Source: Candidatus Micrarchaeota archaeon (GTDB taxonomy: Archaea; Micrarchaeota; Micrarchaeia; Anstonellales; Anstonellaceae). From it: a stretch of DNA of 57,784 bases. The stretch lies in assembly GCA_018304295.1 (NCBI GenBank), contig JAGVWK010000046.1:1-57784 (forward strand), read 5' to 3'. Under the pieces are notes generated by a model. It ran no database searches. It was not told where the DNA came from and saw nothing but the letters and a program-made list of their open reading frames with translations. Positions within the stretch are counted from its first letter, which is position 1, and the number at the start of each line of letters is the position of its first letter. Positions 34,627 through 43,557 of the stretch are shown in pieces. The translations under genes and the position numbers were made by a program.

Positions 34627-37106
34627 GCTTTCTTTCCCTTCTTGGAGCTTGGCAGCTTTTTCTTTGCCGCTCTTTTCGCCTTTGCAGCCGCAGGCTCTTT
34701 TGCGCGCGAAGATGAGGCAGGCTTTTTCTTTATGCGCTCTATCTGCTCAAGCAGGGAGCCCTGCTCTGGTTTTTCCTCTCCTTCAGCCTCTTCATCCTCA
34801 GCCGCCGCCCCGTCCTCCTTATCATCGCTTGACATGAGCTCGCTTTCCCCCGGCAACTTTTCTTGCTGCTCTTCGCTCTCATTCTCAAAGGGCTTTTCCT
34901 CCTCTTGCTGCTTTTTATTTTCCCCAGTGTCCTTTTTCCATTCCCATGCAAATCCCGCAGCCTTTTGTTTTTCTTCTCCTTCCTCCCCCTCAGCCTTTTC
35001 CCGCGCACCATCCTCATTTTCTTCCTGCGCATCAGAGGAAGCATTTTCCACCCCATCGCCTGCCCCTTCCTCCACGTGCGCTTTTTTAGCGCGCCTTTTC
35101 CCCTTTGCAGGCTCCTCTTCCTCCCCCTCAAGCTTTCTTAAGTCCTCTTCAATTTTGAAGTCCATCCAGCTGGGTTTTTCCTTTTCTTCCTCCAAATGCC
35201 GCCCTTGCGCCCCTGCGCCCTTTTCCTGCATTTGGGAATGCCCTTCCTCCTCTTGCATCACGGCATTTGTCTCTTCCAAGCTTTCCCCGCGCCCGCTTGA
35301 ATTTTCTTCCTGAGCAGCTTCCGTGAAAGGCTTTTCCCCATGCCCCTTTACCCTGTCCCTCTCAGCCGCAATTTTGGCGTATTTCTCAGCCATCTGCTGC
35401 GACGTTACGCTGCTTTCGGAATAGCCCCAGCGCGCAACGTCCACGACCTTGAGCTTCATGGGCAAAATGTATTTTTTCCCATCATAAAGGCGCACCATGC
35501 ATTCGCGCTGGTGCAATCTCACGAACATTTCCTTCTTTGACTCTTCTATCTCGGTCTGGCTTCTTGCCTTCTTGAAATACTCCTCCACCTTTATCTCCAT
35601 TATGGAGCTTATCATCGTCGCATCCTGCCTATTGAGCTTGAACGCAATTATGTTGCGTATGTTGGATATTATGCTGTCGTGCACCTCTTTTGTGAGTTGC
35701 CCCAAATACTGCATTGAAATGTACGCATAGAGGTTGAACTTGCGCGTTTCCGCAAGTATGTCCTTTACAACGCGCGTTTCCACCCTCTGGAACTCGTCCA
35801 TCACAAGTATTGTGGGCTTTCCAAGCTTCTCCGTAATCGCAAGTATGTACATCTGGTTTATTATCGCGCCGGCCAAAAAGTTTATCATCCGTTTCCCAAA
35901 GAAATTCGGGTTAAAGGATATTACCGTAACGCGGTTTTTCTGTATTAAATCGTACAAATTCTCCCGCTTTTTGTCCCCTCCCAAATAAAGCTCGTATTCC
36001 CCGACAAAATTCAGTATGGGCAGCACCGCATCATTGAAATGGTGTATGTAAATGTCATTGAACTCCTCGTCAAAGAAGCGCTTTACCTCGTCGTTGTTTG
36101 TTTCCGACACAAATTCCGCCCTTTTGGATGAGTCCGTAAGAAGCAAGCTCACGTTGCGCAAATCCATCTTGTCTATTGCGGAAAGAAGGTGCACCGCATA
36201 AAAGAGCACCCTTTCGGAATATTTGTTCTCCTGCCCTATTGTGGAAGAGAGAAGCTGCGCTATAAGCTGCGTCATAAGCGGGGTTTTCACCCCTCCCACG
36301 TCCAATGGCTCAATGTAGTTGTCTATCAGATTCACTACTTTTTCATTCGGAAATACCTTGAGGAACTCCCCGTGCGGGTCAACTATCACAAAGCGCACAT
36401 CATCTTTCTGCTTTGCCTCTATTGCGCGTATGAGCGCAAAAAGCGCCTTGCTCTTGCCGGTTCCCGAGGCTCCCACTATGAGCGTGTGCTGGAAAAAGTC
36501 AAAGTTGTCCACACCCAAGGTCATTCCCGTCTCTTCAAACACCGGGAATTGCGAGGAAAGCGACATCCTCTTGGGTATGGGCTCAAGAACCTCAACATAC
36601 ACGGAAGGGTTTTTTTCCATGTCCACTATCATGAAGCGCTCCGGGGTCGTGCTTATTATTATGCATTTGCGCCCTGCCTCATCCACGGCAGTTCCAAATC
36701 CCCAGTATTTTCCCAGCACCTTTATCACGCGCAAATTAACGTCTTCCATGCTTTCCTTGAGCGCAAAGGACAAAAAATCCTGGCTGCCCATGAGCATGTA
36801 AAATTTTGGCGGGAAAATGGAGCCTTTTTTGCGCACCACTTCCAATGGCTCGGAAAGCTTGTAAGGGAAAACAAGCATGGAAATGCCGTCCATGCCCCTC
36901 CGGTCGCGTATGAAAAAGTGCACTGTATTTAGCTTGCGCTGTATGAATATGTTAAGGGGGTTGATGGAGAAAATATCGGAAAAATCAATAAAGCCAAACA
37001 ACGGAAGGCGCGTTTTTGTGAGCTGGTTGAAGAAATTCAGCACATCCTCGGCCTTTATGTTCACCGTGTAAAGGAGAACCTCCCGCACGCTATTTTTGCC
37101 TCCCAT
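34623..37106 (-). CDS. FtsK/HerA/VirD4-VirB4-superfamily P-loop ATPase with a ~270-aa acidic/lysine-rich C-terminal tail
   Basis: Walker A is HTLIVGASGTGKSKAL and Walker B is TILVMDEFQRV. It is followed by RKFNLYAYISMQYLGQL, reminiscent of the xQSxxQL motif of T4SS coupling proteins. No TM segment. Confidence 0.8.
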   Translation of the reverse strand: MGGKNSVREVLLYTVNIKAEDVLNFFNQLTKTRLPLFGFIDFSDIFSINPLNIFIQRKLNTVHFFIRDRRGMDGISMLVFPYKLSEPLEVVRKKGSIFPPKFYMLMGSQDFLSFALKESMEDVNLRVIKVLGKYWGFGTAVDEAGRKCIIISTTPERFMIVDMEKNPSVYVEVLEPIPKRMSLSSQFPVFEETGMTLGVDNFDFFQHTLIVGASGTGKSKALFALIRAIEAKQKDDVRFVIVDPHGEFLKVFPNEKVVNLIDNYIEPLDVGGVKTPLMTQLIAQLLSSTIGQENKYSERVLFYAVHLLSAIDKMDLRNVSLLLTDSSKRAEFVSETNNDEVKRFFDEEFNDIYIHHFNDAVLPILNFVGEYELYLGGDKKRENLYDLIQKNRVTVISFNPNFFGKRMINFLAGAIINQMYILAITEKLGKPTILVMDEFQRVETRVVKDILAETRKFNLYAYISMQYLGQLTKEVHDSIISNIRNIIAFKLNRQDATMISSIMEIKVEEYFKKARSQTEIEESKKEMFVRLHQRECMVRLYDGKKYILPMKLKVVDVARWGYSESSVTSQQMAEKYAKIAAERDRVKGHGEKPFTEAAQEENSSGRGESLEETNAVMQEEEGHSQMQEKGAGAQGRHLEEEKEKPSWMDFKIEEDLRKLEGEEEEPAKGKRRAKKAHVEEGAGDGVENASSDAQEENEDGAREKAEGEEGEEKQKAAGFAWEWKKDTGENKKQQEEEKPFENESEEQQEKLPGESELMSSDDKEDGAAAEDEEAEGEEKPEQGSLLEQIERIKKKPASSSRAKEPAAAKAKRAAKKKLPSSKKGKKA

Positions 37107-37129
37107 ATCACCCTTTTTAGCCTCAATAG

Positions 37130-37137
37130 TTTAAAAA
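37130..37137. promoter_or_regulatory. Single shared TATA-like box (tttaaaaa) between divergent start codons 37106 (-) and 37159 (+)
   Basis: The 52-nt intergenic region has the box centre about 27 nt from one ATG and about 26 nt from the other. Confidence 0.45.
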
Positions 37138-37158
37138 TCAAAGCTCCGTATTCACCCC

Positions 37159-38763
37159 ATGAAAACCCAAAACAACGTGGACGGGGAAATTTACGTGTGC
37201 GACACCTCCGTGATAGTGGACGGGCGCATACTTGAGCTTGTGCAATCCGGCACCATACACGGCTCAATACTCATTTCAAAGGCAACCCTTGGGGAGCTTG
37301 AGCATCAGGCAAATTCCGGCAGGGAAACGGGCTTTGCTGGCCTTACAGTGCTGCAAAAGCTGCGCACTCTTGAAAAAGAGGGCAAAATAACGCTGGAGTT
37401 CCCAGGCAGCCGCCCCACGCAGTTTCAGATAGACAAGGCAAAAAGCGGGGAAATAGACGCGGCAATAAGGGATTTGGCGCGCCAGATGAACGCAACGCTC
37501 ATCAGCGGGGACAAGGTGCAGCACGAGGTTGCGCTTGCAGAGGGCACGAAAGTGATGTACCTCCGCTCCCACGAGGTCGCCTCAGAAGTGGGATTTGAAA
37601 AATATTTCACGCCCGACACAATGAGCGTGCACATGAAAGAGGGCTGCAAGGTATACGCGAAAAAAGGCAAGCCCGGGGAAGTAAAGTTTGAGGAAATAGC
37701 GCCCGCGCTTTCCGTGAACGAGATACGGGATTTGGCAAAGAGCATAGTGGAGGCTACCGAGAGAAACCGCGCATACTACATTGAAATAGAGCGCAAGGGC
37801 GCAACAGTGATACAGATGGCGCGCTACCGCATTGTGATAACAAAGCCCCCATTCTCAGACGGCTTTGAGATTACAATTGTGCGCCCGATACGCTCAATGG
37901 AATTTGAGGACTATGAGATGTCCCAAAAATTGCGCGGGCGGCTCACTTCCCACGCAGAGGGCATCATAATATGCGGCCCGCCCGGAAGCGGCAAGAGCAC
38001 TTTTGCGGCAGCGCTTGCAAACCATTACTCAAGATGGGGCAAGGTAGTAAAGACAATGGAGTCCCCCCGCGATTTGCAGGTGGATGACAACATCACCCAA
38101 TACGCTCCCCTTGAGGGCCGCTTTGAGCTTACAAACGACATAATGCTCCTTGTGCGCCCCGACTACTCAATATACGACGAAATGCGCAAAACAGAGGATT
38201 TTGAGATATACGCAGATATGCGCATGGCAGGCATCGGGCTTGTTGGAGTGCTGCACGCAAACAAGGCAATAGACGCTGTGCAGCGCTTCATAAACCGCGT
38301 GGAGCTTGGGCTCATATCCCAAATAGTGGACACAATAGTGCTCATAAAGGGCGGCTCAATAGGCAAGGTGCTCACACTTGAATACAAGGTGAAAGTGCCT
38401 TCGGGAATGACGGAGGAGGACCTTGCGCGCCCGGTAATAGAAGTGCACGACTTTGAAACCAACAAGCTTGAGTACGAAATATACACCTTCGGGGAGGAAA
38501 CAGTGGTGCTTCCCATTTCCGCTGAAATGGAGGAAAAAAGCCGCCGCGCAAGCGAGCCCATTGACGAGGAAAAAGTCCTTCCGGTGCTTGAGAGGCTTGT
38601 TGCAAAAATAACGCGCGGCAACTTTGACATAGAGTTTGAGGGCCGCAAGGCAATCGTGTATGTCGGCTCAAAGGATGTGCCTGCGCTCATCGGAAAGGGC
38701 GGAAAAAACATAATGCGCCTTGAAAAAGAATCCGGCGTTAAAATAGACGTGCGCGAGCGTTAG
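37159..38763 (+). CDS. PIN-domain / PilT-like ATPase / KH-domain protein (conserved archaeal COG1855-type)
   Basis: N-terminal PIN-like segment (YVCDTSVIVDGRI), Walker A ICGPPGSGKSTFA and a C-terminal KH GxxG motif (IGKGGKNIMRLE). Confidence 0.85.
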   Translation: MKTQNNVDGEIYVCDTSVIVDGRILELVQSGTIHGSILISKATLGELEHQANSGRETGFAGLTVLQKLRTLEKEGKITLEFPGSRPTQFQIDKAKSGEIDAAIRDLARQMNATLISGDKVQHEVALAEGTKVMYLRSHEVASEVGFEKYFTPDTMSVHMKEGCKVYAKKGKPGEVKFEEIAPALSVNEIRDLAKSIVEATERNRAYYIEIERKGATVIQMARYRIVITKPPFSDGFEITIVRPIRSMEFEDYEMSQKLRGRLTSHAEGIIICGPPGSGKSTFAAALANHYSRWGKVVKTMESPRDLQVDDNITQYAPLEGRFELTNDIMLLVRPDYSIYDEMRKTEDFEIYADMRMAGIGLVGVLHANKAIDAVQRFINRVELGLISQIVDTIVLIKGGSIGKVLTLEYKVKVPSGMTEEDLARPVIEVHDFETNKLEYEIYTFGEETVVLPISAEMEEKSRRASEPIDEEKVLPVLERLVAKITRGNFDIEFEGRKAIVYVGSKDVPALIGKGGKNIMRLEKESGVKIDVRER

Positions 38764-38771
38764 GTGGCTAC

Positions 38772-39413
38772 GTGAAGACCGCCAAAGCAAAACACCCCAA
38801 GGCAAAAAGCGCCCCCCTTGATTTTACGCTTTCTTTTTGCCCAACTGTCTATCCCCCTTCTGAAGATTCGTTCCTTCTTGCGCAGGCAGCCCTAAAGTTG
38901 CGCGGCAAAGTGCTTGAAATAGGCAGCGGTTGCGGCATCTGCTCAATAGCAGCCGCAAAGGCAAGCAAGAAAAACACAGTAACAGGGGTGGACATAAACC
39001 CCTCTGCAGTTGCGTGCTCAAAAGAGAATGCAGCCGCAAACAACGCAAAAAACTGCACTTTTTTTGTTTCAAACCTTTTTTCAAAAGTCCCAAAAGGGGA
39101 AAAGTTTGACACCATCCTCTTCAATCCCCCCTACCTTCCAACAGCAGAGGACGAAAAGCTCAAAAATTCGCAGGAAAACGCCGCATATGACGGCGGGAAA
39201 AGCGGGATGCGCACAATTTCAAGGTTCCTAAAGGACGCGCACGCATTTTTATCCCCAAAAGGCTCAATTTTAATTGTTGCAACCTCGCTTGGTGGCGTTG
39301 ATAAGAAAATAGCCTCAATCTCCCAAAAAATGGGCATGCCTTCAAAAGAAATCTCGTGCGAAAAGTTCTTTTTTGAGAAAATAAGCGTGCTGGAATTAAG
39401 GGGGCGCAAATAA
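38772..39413 (+). CDS. HemK/PrmC-like N5-glutamine (NPPY) methyltransferase
   Basis: VLEIGSGCGICSIAAA (motif I) and ILFNPPYLPT (motif IV). GTG start. Confidence 0.8.
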   Translation: MKTAKAKHPKAKSAPLDFTLSFCPTVYPPSEDSFLLAQAALKLRGKVLEIGSGCGICSIAAAKASKKNTVTGVDINPSAVACSKENAAANNAKNCTFFVSNLFSKVPKGEKFDTILFNPPYLPTAEDEKLKNSQENAAYDGGKSGMRTISRFLKDAHAFLSPKGSILIVATSLGGVDKKIASISQKMGMPSKEISCEKFFFEKISVLELRGRK

Positions 39414-39441
39414 GCAAAGAATGCCTGTTGGCAGAAAAGAC

Positions 39442-39789
39442 TTATCTTGCAAGCAACGAATCCAATTTCTTTATTATCTCAGAAACTTTTGATTCCTTCA
39501 TTGTTCCAAGCTTCTTTTCAAAAATTCTTGCAGGATAGCGTGCCACTGCATCGTAGCGCACGGCAGAGCGGTCAACAAGACGATTGATTTCCATGTCGCG
39601 CCCATAATCAATCCCAATGCAGTATTCATGATGAATATCAGTAGTGAGATGCAGGCAAATCACTTCTTCGTTGTTTTCATTGTATTTGTCATTTGAGATT
39701 ATAAGAACCGGGCGCTTGTGTTCTTCCCCAACAGAAGACCATTTCGCGCTTTTGGCAAGCCATACCCCGCAACGCTTGTAATCTGTCAT
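39442..39789 (-). CDS. PemK/MazF-like toxin
   Basis: GVWLAKSAKWSSVGEEHKRPVLIISND...VICLHLTT fits the MazF pattern G.I....G.E....RP.L..S...V.P.T. Confidence 0.6.
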   Translation of the reverse strand: MTDYKRCGVWLAKSAKWSSVGEEHKRPVLIISNDKYNENNEEVICLHLTTDIHHEYCIGIDYGRDMEINRLVDRSAVRYDAVARYPARIFEKKLGTMKESKVSEIIKKLDSLLAR

Positions 39790-39798
39790 TGAAACACC

Positions 39799-40014
39799 TT
39801 AGTATTTGTCCCAAATCGCATCTTCCTTTTTGTTCTCCCATATGTCCCGATTGGCATTTTTTGCTATAAACCCCCCTAACCTTTCCCTATCTTCTCCAAG
39901 CTTTATCAGCCCCATGCGCAGCACCTCGGTTTTTGAGGTTGCAAATCCGTTTTTTATATACCAGTCAACAACGCCCTCAAGCCAGCCTTCAATTTTTAGG
40001 TTTACAATAGCCAC
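39799..40014 (-). CDS. Putative cognate antitoxin (71 aa)
   Basis: Small ORF 9 nt upstream of the MazF-like gene, with a GTG start. TATA-like ctataaac lies about 30 nt upstream. Confidence 0.45.
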   Translation of the reverse strand: MAIVNLKIEGWLEGVVDWYIKNGFATSKTEVLRMGLIKLGEDRERLGGFIAKNANRDIWENKKEDAIWDKY

Positions 40015-40245
40015 TCTACCACCACTACACAGTTATCATATGTTTATAGTGTGTTTAACTATATAAGCTTGCCTTTTTAGCGCTGCCGTTTCAGTTGTTT
40101 TTCTCCTCCGCATGCCAAACGTCCAGCCGATTTTTTCATAAACAAACTGCAGATTACTGATTTATAAAAAGGCGGAAACCGACTTTCCACTGGCTGTCTT
40201 CAAGCCCGGGGGGAATTTATTAAGCTGCGGAACAAAATATCTTCC

Positions 40246-40959
40246 ATGGCTTCAAAGTTCCGCATTGTTCTCGTTGAACCCGAATATGAGATAAATCTGG
40301 GCTCGGTGTGCCGCGTTATGAAGAATTTCGGGCAAAAGTCCCTCTATTTGGTGAACCCCAAGTGCGACAAAGCAGGCTTTGACGCAACAATGTTCTCAAA
40401 GCACGCAAAGGACGTGCTGCAAAAGGCAACAGTTTGCAATAGCGTGCAGGATGCAATAGAGGGTTGCGAGCTTGTGATAGGCACAAGCGGAATACTCAGC
40501 AGGCACAAACATTCCCTTAGAAACCCCCTTACCCTACCTGTGCTTGCAGAAAAGCTAAAAGAACGCAAAAAGACCGGTGAAATAGCGCTTCTTTTTGGAA
40601 GGGAGGGGATAGGGCTTTCTCAGGATGAAACCGACGCGTGCGGCCTGCTTGTTACAATACCCACTTCCCGCTCTTATCCCGTAATGAACCTCTCCCACTC
40701 GGTGGCGGTCGTGCTCTATGCGCTCTGCCAGATAAGGCTGCATACAATTACAAGCGCGGGCGCAAACGAGAAAAAGCACCTTAAGCTTGTGTTCAATTCC
40801 ATTGTGGACAGGTACGCATCCTCTTTGCGCAACCCGCACAAAATAAAAATCGCCTTTGAGCGCGTCCTTGGGCGTTCCCTTGTATCCGACAAGGAGTGCG
40901 CGGCTCTTTTAAGCGCGCTTTCGCACGCAAAAAAGGAATTGGAAGCAAGCCGCCCTTGA
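40246..40959 (+). CDS. SpoU/TrmH-family RNA 2'-O-methyltransferase (aTrmJ-like)
   Basis: FRIVLVEPEYEINLGSVCRVMKNFG...LLFGREGIGLS...IPTSRSYPVMNLSHSVAVVLY. Confidence 0.8.
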   Translation: MASKFRIVLVEPEYEINLGSVCRVMKNFGQKSLYLVNPKCDKAGFDATMFSKHAKDVLQKATVCNSVQDAIEGCELVIGTSGILSRHKHSLRNPLTLPVLAEKLKERKKTGEIALLFGREGIGLSQDETDACGLLVTIPTSRSYPVMNLSHSVAVVLYALCQIRLHTITSAGANEKKHLKLVFNSIVDRYASSLRNPHKIKIAFERVLGRSLVSDKECAALLSALSHAKKELEASRP

Positions 40960-41033
40960 GCGCACGTGAAAAAAGGAATTTGGAAGCAACCCGCCAAAAA
41001 TGAGCATGCCAAAAGGGAATTTGGAAGGGAGAT

Positions 41034-41702
41034 CTAACCCACAAGGAGCATTTTCATCTGCGCATACAGCCTTTTCTCCCGAAAATCCGATATTATCGCA
41101 TGCACTCCTTTTTGCTTTTTTATTTCTCCTACAGGAAGTGTTGTTGCAAGTGCAATGCACTTTATTTTCGCCCGCCTTGCAGCCTCAAGGCCTGCGAGCG
41201 AATCCTCAAATACAACACATTCCGAAGGCTTTGCTCCCATCTTTTTCGCAGCCTTCAAAAATACTTCCGGATGCGGCTTTTGCACCTTTACGTCCTCCAT
41301 CCCAACGTACTTTAGCTTTCCTGCAAGCCCAAGCCCTGCAATGGCGGCTTTCAAGTGCTTGCGGTGCCCGCCCGACGCAACAATCGCCTTGAGCCCGCTC
41401 TTTTTCAAAAACTTCCAAAAGCGCATAAAGCCCGCGGTTGGGCGCAGCTTTCCTTCCAATATGCCCTGCTGAAAAAGCGCAGCCCTTTTTTTCATTATTC
41501 CATTTGCATCCGCTTTCAACCCGTGCCTGCGCAGCATGTCCTTTACAATGAAAATAGAGCCTCTTCCGGTGTAGTTTCGCGCCCAGTATTCCTTTAAAAT
41601 GCGCACCCGATAAGGCGCGAAAGCCGCATTAAAAGTAAGAAGGTGCAATGGCTCGCTGTTTGTAACAACCCCGTCCATGTCAAGAATTACTGCTTTTAGC
41701 AT
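41034..41702 (-). CDS. HAD-superfamily hydrolase (beta-phosphoglucomutase-like)
   Basis: MLKAVILDMDGVVTNSE (DxD motif I) and VVFEDSLAGLEAA (motif IV). The start was trimmed to Met 41702. Confidence 0.8.
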   Translation of the reverse strand: MLKAVILDMDGVVTNSEPLHLLTFNAAFAPYRVRILKEYWARNYTGRGSIFIVKDMLRRHGLKADANGIMKKRAALFQQGILEGKLRPTAGFMRFWKFLKKSGLKAIVASGGHRKHLKAAIAGLGLAGKLKYVGMEDVKVQKPHPEVFLKAAKKMGAKPSECVVFEDSLAGLEAARRAKIKCIALATTLPVGEIKKQKGVHAIISDFREKRLYAQMKMLLVG

Positions 41703-41749
41703 TTTCCCCCTCGCTTGCGCTGCCCAAAAATAAAATAAAGAAGAAAAGC

Positions 41750-42118
41750 TCACTTGCGGCCCTTGCTCTTCACAATCTTCACTTTCGTCGGGGTAAGGAG
41801 TATCTTGTCGTTGTCTATGCGCGCAATGTCGCCGTTTATTTTAGTTATGTGCGCCTTTATGTTGTCAATTATCTGCTTGAGCTTGTTTGTCTGCCTCTGC
41901 ATTGGCGACACATTGAGCAAAATGATGTTTTTCGCCTTTAGCTCGTCAAAAATGACGTGCACGTCAGCCTCGCTTTCAAGGGCTACTGGCTTAATGTAAA
42001 AGTCAGCAGCCTGATGCAGCACATCCACATTCTCCATTTCAACGGAGTTCATGTATTCCTCAATGTTCATTTCCTTTCCAAGCCCGAGTCCCTTGGTAAC
42101 TTTTTCAAAGATGCCCAT
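41750..42118 (-). CDS. sepF: Cell division protein SepF (DUF552)
   Basis: Size and the pattern FYIKPVALESEADVHVIFDELKAKNIILLNVSPM...INGDIARIDNDKILLTP. Confidence 0.75.
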   Translation of the reverse strand: MGIFEKVTKGLGLGKEMNIEEYMNSVEMENVDVLHQAADFYIKPVALESEADVHVIFDELKAKNIILLNVSPMQRQTNKLKQIIDNIKAHITKINGDIARIDNDKILLTPTKVKIVKSKGRK

Positions 42119-42232
42119 TCTCTCACCTCAAATGGAGAAGTGTTTAACCTGATTTCTCATATACTACGTATGTATTAATAAGGCTTTTCTCGCATCTCTT
42201 TTCCTCTGCCAAATTTACGCGAGGCTGCTTTT

Positions 42233-43483
42233 ATGCCGACATTTTCACAAATACTTTCCAAGCCCTCCATTTTCAAGGACCGCAACGTCCTCTCGCCGCA
42301 TTACGTGCCAGACATCCTCCCTTTTCGCGAGGAGCAGATAGAGAAAATAATGAACTGGGTCGCCCCGGCGCTCAAAAACGAGCGTGCCCGCAACATTTTT
42401 GTGTACGGGAAGACGGGCACGGGAAAAACCGCATCAGTGCGCCACGTGATGAAGAAGTTTGAGGAGGAAAAGCAGCCCGCCTGCACCTGCTACATGAACT
42501 GCCGCATATACAATTCCCGCTACCGCGTGCTGCAGAAAATAACAAAGGACTTCATCCCTGAAATGGACAAGGCGGGCTTTGGCGTCGCCACTCTTTACGA
42601 GAAAATACTCGCTTGGATAAGCGGCGGCTCAAGGCGCCTCATAATAGTGCTTGACGAGGTTGACATGGTGGGGGATTTGGACGAGCTCATGTACACTCTC
42701 ACTCGCGCAAACGACGACCTCAAACATGGCAGCCTCTCCATAATAGGCATTTCCAACAAGCTTGACTTCAAAAATGTGCTTGACCCCCGCTCGCGCAGCT
42801 CGCTTTGCGAAACCGAAATGGTATTCGCGCCCTACACTCCCTCCCAATTGCAGGCAATACTTTTGCAGCGCTCACAAATGGGCTTTGGGCAAGACGCGGT
42901 GGATGAGAGCGCAATAAACCTTGCAGCCGCAATAGCGGCGCAGGAAACAGGGGACGCCCGCTATGCGCTGCGGCTTCTTCTAAAGGCAGGCGAAATAGCG
43001 GACGAGCATTCCCTTATGCACATAAGCGACAAGGAGGTGGAGGATGCGCGCAAGAACGTTGATTCCGACATTGCAGCCGAGATAATCGCAACCCTGCCCG
43101 ACCAGCAGCAGCTTGTGCTTTACGCAGCCTCCGCGCTTTCGCTTTCAGGCAGCAAATACGCAAAGCTCTTTGCGGCAAGCGATGACGAGGACGGCAGGTT
43201 CCTTGCAAGCGGGGAAGTTTATGAGGAATACACGCGCGCGTGCAAGGCATTCAAGCGCAAAAAGCGCTCCTCGCGCTGGTATAGGGAATACCTAAACGAC
43301 CTTGAGATGCTCGGGCTTATCACAATGGTGGAAAGCGGCCCGGGCATGCGCGGGCACACGCGCCTTATAAAAGTGGGCTATCCACCCCTGCAGATAAAGG
43401 CGCTCATAGAAAAGAACTTCGTGCACGGGAAAGTCATGGCTGCGGAAGACGAGGATGCAGGCGGCACGCAGGAAAAGCTTTAA
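42233..43483 (+). CDS. cdc6: Orc1/Cdc6 replication initiator
   Basis: VLSPHYVPDILPFREEQ, Walker A YGKTGTGKTA, Walker B IIVLDEVD and a C-terminal winged helix. Confidence 0.95.
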   Translation: MPTFSQILSKPSIFKDRNVLSPHYVPDILPFREEQIEKIMNWVAPALKNERARNIFVYGKTGTGKTASVRHVMKKFEEEKQPACTCYMNCRIYNSRYRVLQKITKDFIPEMDKAGFGVATLYEKILAWISGGSRRLIIVLDEVDMVGDLDELMYTLTRANDDLKHGSLSIIGISNKLDFKNVLDPRSRSSLCETEMVFAPYTPSQLQAILLQRSQMGFGQDAVDESAINLAAAIAAQETGDARYALRLLLKAGEIADEHSLMHISDKEVEDARKNVDSDIAAEIIATLPDQQQLVLYAASALSLSGSKYAKLFAASDDEDGRFLASGEVYEEYTRACKAFKRKKRSSRWYREYLNDLEMLGLITMVESGPGMRGHTRLIKVGYPPLQIKALIEKNFVHGKVMAAEDEDAGGTQEKL

Positions 43484-43557
43484 TGGGCATGCAGTAAAAA
43501 GGCGTGCAGGAAAAAAACACGCAAGAAAAACAAGCCCCAGCAAAAACCGTGATTCTT

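Noticed and set aside
34642-36932. Long plus-strand ORFs (34642..35313, 36189..36932, 36319..36801 and others) opposite the ATPase gene.
   Set aside because: These are shadows of the 827-aa ATPase. They have S/F/C-rich low-complexity translations and no motifs.
42119-42232. Possible replication origin (ORB elements/DUE) next to orc1/cdc6.
   Set aside because: There is only a 114-nt spacer. I saw an AT-rich imperfect palindrome (atactacgtatgtat) and a weak direct repeat (ttctc.ca.ctc), but nothing resembling repeated ORB or mini-ORB boxes. The origin may lie elsewhere or be too divergent to call by eye.
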